Source: Octopus sinensis
Taxonomy: Eukaryota
DNA: 11,091 nucleotides
Reading direction: 5' to 3'
NCBI RefSeq assembly: GCF_006345805.1
Contig: NW_021827089.1
Coordinates: 1-11,091 of the forward strand
The notes under the pieces are model-generated. The model saw nothing but the letters and a program-made list of their open reading frames with translations, was not told the origin of the DNA and ran no database searches. Positions 7,368 to 11,091 of the stretch are shown piece after piece (the stretch's first letter is position 1; each line of letters begins with the position of its first letter). The position numbers and the translations under genes are program-made.

Positions 7368-7439
7368 AATCCCACTGACGAAGTGCGGACGACAAATTAA
7401 TTTATTTGTTCATTAATACAGAAACTCGAGCTTGGGGTT
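7368..7439 (+). ncRNA. Degenerate hammerhead-like motif with a long stem II insert
   Basis: AAUCCCA-CUGACGA-(39 nt)-GAAA-CUCGAG-CU-UGGGGUU. A 7-bp stem I (AAUCCCA/UGGGGUU) brackets the core exactly and CUCGAG is palindromic. The base of stem II is poorly paired and position 16.1 is C rather than U. Confidence 0.5.
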
Positions 7440-7577
7440 AACTATAAAGAAATTTTGTCTCCATTCTCTTTGGAATTACATTTTTTCGTGGTATGGGTTT
7501 GGCTGCCCTTTCCAGCATATTAGGTGTCTTGTCAAGGGTCACCTCTCTGTGTATAAATACTTATACACTCTTATGTA

Positions 7578-7597
7578 TGTGTGTGTGTGTGTGTGTG
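7578..7597. repeat. (TG)n microsatellite
   Basis: Read directly. Confidence 0.9.
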
Positions 7598-7650
7598 TTG
7601 TGGAGAAAGAAAATGTTTAAATAAGAGCTTTAAATAGAAAGTTTAAGTAA

Positions 7651-7651
<1 letters not shown>

Positions 7652-7681
<30 letters not shown>

Positions 7682-7818
7682 AAGAAGAAGAAGAAGAAGA
7701 AGAAGAAGAAGAAGAAGAAAAGAAGAAGAAAAGAAGAAGAAGAAGAAGAAGAAGAAGAAGAAGAAGAAGAAGAAGAAGAAGAAGGGATGGATAGATGGAT
7801 GGGTGGATGGATGGATGG
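7652..7818. repeat. (GAA)n (7652-7784) followed by (GGAT)n microsatellite
   Basis: Nearly pure GAA tract with two GAAAA interruptions, then GGAT units. Confidence 0.95.
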
Positions 7819-8319
7819 AACAAGAAAATGTGAGAGTCAAGGTGAGACATAAATTGGGAGTAAAAGAAAGAAAGAAAGAAAAAAAGAAAGAATGTAAGAA
7901 AATGGTAAAGTAAAAGAAAAGAATCTGGTCCTGGTGATATGTAACAATCCAATTTACTTCAATTCGCACATAAAGCTTTCTAAGACATGTTCAGTGCCGG
8001 TCTACACTGAAACTGTGATAATGTTAGTTGTATGACAGAAATAGGAAGAGTTTCTATAAAGCACTTGTGTGAAGTAGCCGACGAAAAGGTCAGAGCTCCG
8101 TTCGGGCCAGAAAATACATTTCTAATGAGAAAGACACGCAAGATTTCTTCGCTGTTTCTTCGATGTCAAGGAGCCGAGCAAATTGTGTTAAAGTGTCAGA
8201 TCAATGCATGTGCTCTTCAATGAATCTCTTCTCTTCACTTTTGTATTGAACTGTGAAACCATCATCTAAGGATGTTAGATGGATAAATAAATGGATGATA
8301 GAGGGAGAAAGTGTGGGGG

Positions 8320-8654
<335 letters not shown>

Positions 8655-8760
8655 GAATGGGTGAGCTATGATGAAAGGATCAACTGAAAGTTTACCTTGC
8701 AATTCTTCAGATAAAGAACTTGTTCTGCTTGATATGAACTTCTTATACGTCTACCTACAA

Positions 8761-8772
8761 TGTGTGTGTGTG

Positions 8773-8808
<36 letters not shown>
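8761..8808. repeat. (TG)n microsatellite
   Basis: Read directly; one CG interruption. Confidence 0.95.
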
Positions 8809-8813
<5 letters not shown>

Positions 8814-8959
8814 GAAGATTATGTTTCTACGTGTAATTGTGTATGTATCAGGCAGCTATGCGTGTGTTTGTGAGGATGTGAAGGTTTTGTGTGTAAGGTG
8901 ATAAGATCAATAAACGTAAAAGGTAAAAATGTGAGATCAAATACGTATCTTGATTTTTG

Positions 8960-9595
8960 TTGGTGGTGATGATGATGATGACGAGGAGGAAGGGAAGGTG
9001 GTGATGGTGATGATTATGTCGGCGTTGGTAATGGTGGGGGGGTGATCATGATGATGATGGCAGTGATAGTGGTAGCAGTTATGATGATGACGATGATGAT
9101 GCTGCTGCTGCTGATGATGATGGTAATTGTAATGGCGGTCGTAATGGTGGTTGTGGTGGTAGTGAGGCTGATGGTGATAATGGAGCGGTAGTAATGATAA
9201 TGATGGTAGTGGCGGTGGTGGTGGTGGTGGTGGTGGTGGTGGTGGTGGTGGAGGTGTGACGAAGATGATGGTGAGTGTCACGACGACGACGACCACGATG
9301 ATGATTATGATGATAGTGACGATGATAGTAGTGATGATGAAGAGGATGATGATGATGATGGTGATGATGATGAGGATGATGACGACGACGATGTTGATGG
9401 TGATGATGGTGGTGGTGGTAGGGGTGATGATGACCACGATGATGTTGATGATAATGGTAGTCGTAGTAATGTTCGATGACGATGATGGTGGTGATGGTGG
9501 TGATGGTGGTGGCGGTGGTGATGGTGCTACTGCTGCAGTGGATGAGGATGATGATGATGATGATGATGTTGTTGTTATTGTTGTTCTTGTTCTTG
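8960..9595. repeat. Compound (GAT)/(GGT)/(GAC)/(GTT) low-complexity tract
   Basis: Read directly; source of the poly-V/M/H/P/T ORFs in the track. Confidence 0.92.
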
Positions 9596-9784
9596 TTAAG
9601 CCCCCATGTCGGTGCAGTCCTGATCAAAAGCTTTCCAGCTGTGATCATTCCAGCCCTTCTCATTTTTCCTTTTTTTTTATTTTCAGGATATTAAAATATG
9701 GTGAAACGACGAAAGACAAAAAGCAGGAATTGGCCAAAAACAAAAACCAAAAAAAAAGAAAGAAAAGGGGGGAAAAATAGCAAA

Positions 9785-9900
9785 GGGTAAATTGTCGCAT
9801 TGAATGGCTAGCATTTTTTTTACGTTCTTTTCTTTACATTGCGAGTTCAAATCCCCGCTGGAGTCGACTTTTGCCTTTCGCCTCTCAGTGGTCAATATTG
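9785..9900 (+). mobile_element. Old, diverged partial SINE (same family)
   Basis: CTTTACATTGCGAGTTCAAATCCCCGCTGGAGTCGACTTTTGCCTTTC matches the B box and start of the central block of the other copies. Ends are approximate. Confidence 0.75.
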
Positions 9901-9917
9901 AGAAATAATAAAGTTTG

Positions 9918-10156
9918 TATAGAATATATACATATATGCAAATATATATATATATATGTGTGTGTATATATATATATATAATATATATATAATATATTAT
10001 ATATATATATATATATATATAGATATATATATATATATACTATGTGGTTATGAGTACGTGTATATAATGAATTCTAGATGGTTTCTCAGTACAATGCATA
10101 CATATATATACATGTGGTTATATATATATAATATATATATATATTTATGTATATGA

Positions 10157-10215
<59 letters not shown>

Positions 10216-10253
10216 CATATATATTATATATATATATAATGTATTATATATAT

Positions 10254-10311
<58 letters not shown>

Positions 10312-10400
10312 ATGTATATATATTTATATGTATATGTATTATGTATATATATATGTAAGTATGAATGTAAGTATGTATATGTCTGTATATGCATGTATAT
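9918..10400. repeat. (TA)n-rich microsatellite field
   Basis: Long imperfect TA runs with TATG/TACA interruptions. Confidence 0.93.
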
Positions 10401-10481
10401 GAGGTCGGCCAAGAAATTTCTAACTGACCGTGTGTACTGGTTTTTACAGCGGGTTCTGAGGTTTGGAGAGGTATGATGGCA

Positions 10482-10547
<66 letters not shown>
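10482..10547. repeat. (TAG)22 perfect microsatellite
   Basis: Read directly. Confidence 0.97.
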
Positions 10548-10550
<3 letters not shown>

Positions 10551-11014
10551 AGGAGGAGGAGGGTGGTGGTGGTGGTGATTAAAAATCTCGGTAATGATGA
10601 TGATGATGATGATGAAGACGACGACGATGATCATCATCACCGTCATGATAATCATGATGATTATGATGAACATGATGTTAATGATGATGCGTTTATGAGG
10701 ATGATGATAATGACGAAGACGACGATGATGATCATGATTATAAACAGGAGTATGATCATGGTCATGATGATGATGATGTTGATGACGACGACAATATCAG
10801 GATCATGATGGGAAGGAGGAAGAAAAGGATCGAAGAGGAAGAGGAGATATGATGGCGACGACGACGACGACTGTGATGATGATGATGATGATGATGACGA
10901 CGACGATAACGTCAACAGTGATGATGATGATGATGATGTCGACGATGATGACGACAATGATGATGATGATGACGACGATTATGACGATGGGGATGATGAT
11001 GCTGATGATGATGG

Positions 11015-11046
<32 letters not shown>

Positions 11047-11091
11047 GGGGCGTTGGTAGTGGAGGTAGGGACGTTGGTGGTAGCGTGGTGG
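10548..11091. repeat. Compound (GGA)/(GGT)/(GAT)/(GAC) low-complexity tract
   Basis: Read directly; runs to the window end. Confidence 0.92.

Noticed and set aside
8030-8275. Unique island with protein-like minus-strand reading (GFTVQYKSEEKRFIEEHMH*SDTLTQFARLLDIEE...) and a TTTCACAG acceptor
   Set aside because: In-frame stops, no recognised family, and no clear donor site; only tBLASTx or RNA-seq could rescue it.
8937-10957. Long ORFs of 150-190 aa rich in H, T, M, I, S and Y
   Set aside because: Translations of GAT, GGT, TA and TAG microsatellites.

Overview
AT-rich, microsatellite-dense eukaryotic DNA with no supportable host gene. The repeat style suggests an octopod cephalopod genome, but that is inference only. 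Bases 1-2924 are the 3' ~2.9 kb of a frameshifted R4/Dong-clade non-LTR retrotransposon (RT, CCHC knuckle, PD..D restriction-like endonuclease) ending in a (TAC)4(TAA)21 array. A second, divergent, 5'-truncated R4-type element starts exactly where that array ends; it is missing from the ORF track and sits tail-to-tail with a tRNA-derived SINE on a shared (TAA)n. Three different minimal hammerhead-ribozyme-like motifs with palindromic stem III (Penelope-like-element type) occur at 3573-3618, 3974-4015 and 7368-7439. The first lies in a 62-bp foldback whose inversion boundary falls exactly on the predicted self-cleavage site. Five copies of one SINE family are present, two forming a head-to-head inverted pair. 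The rest is simple repeats plus one candidate 21-nt microexon. Most ORF-track entries are translations of microsatellites or antisense shadows of the LINE.
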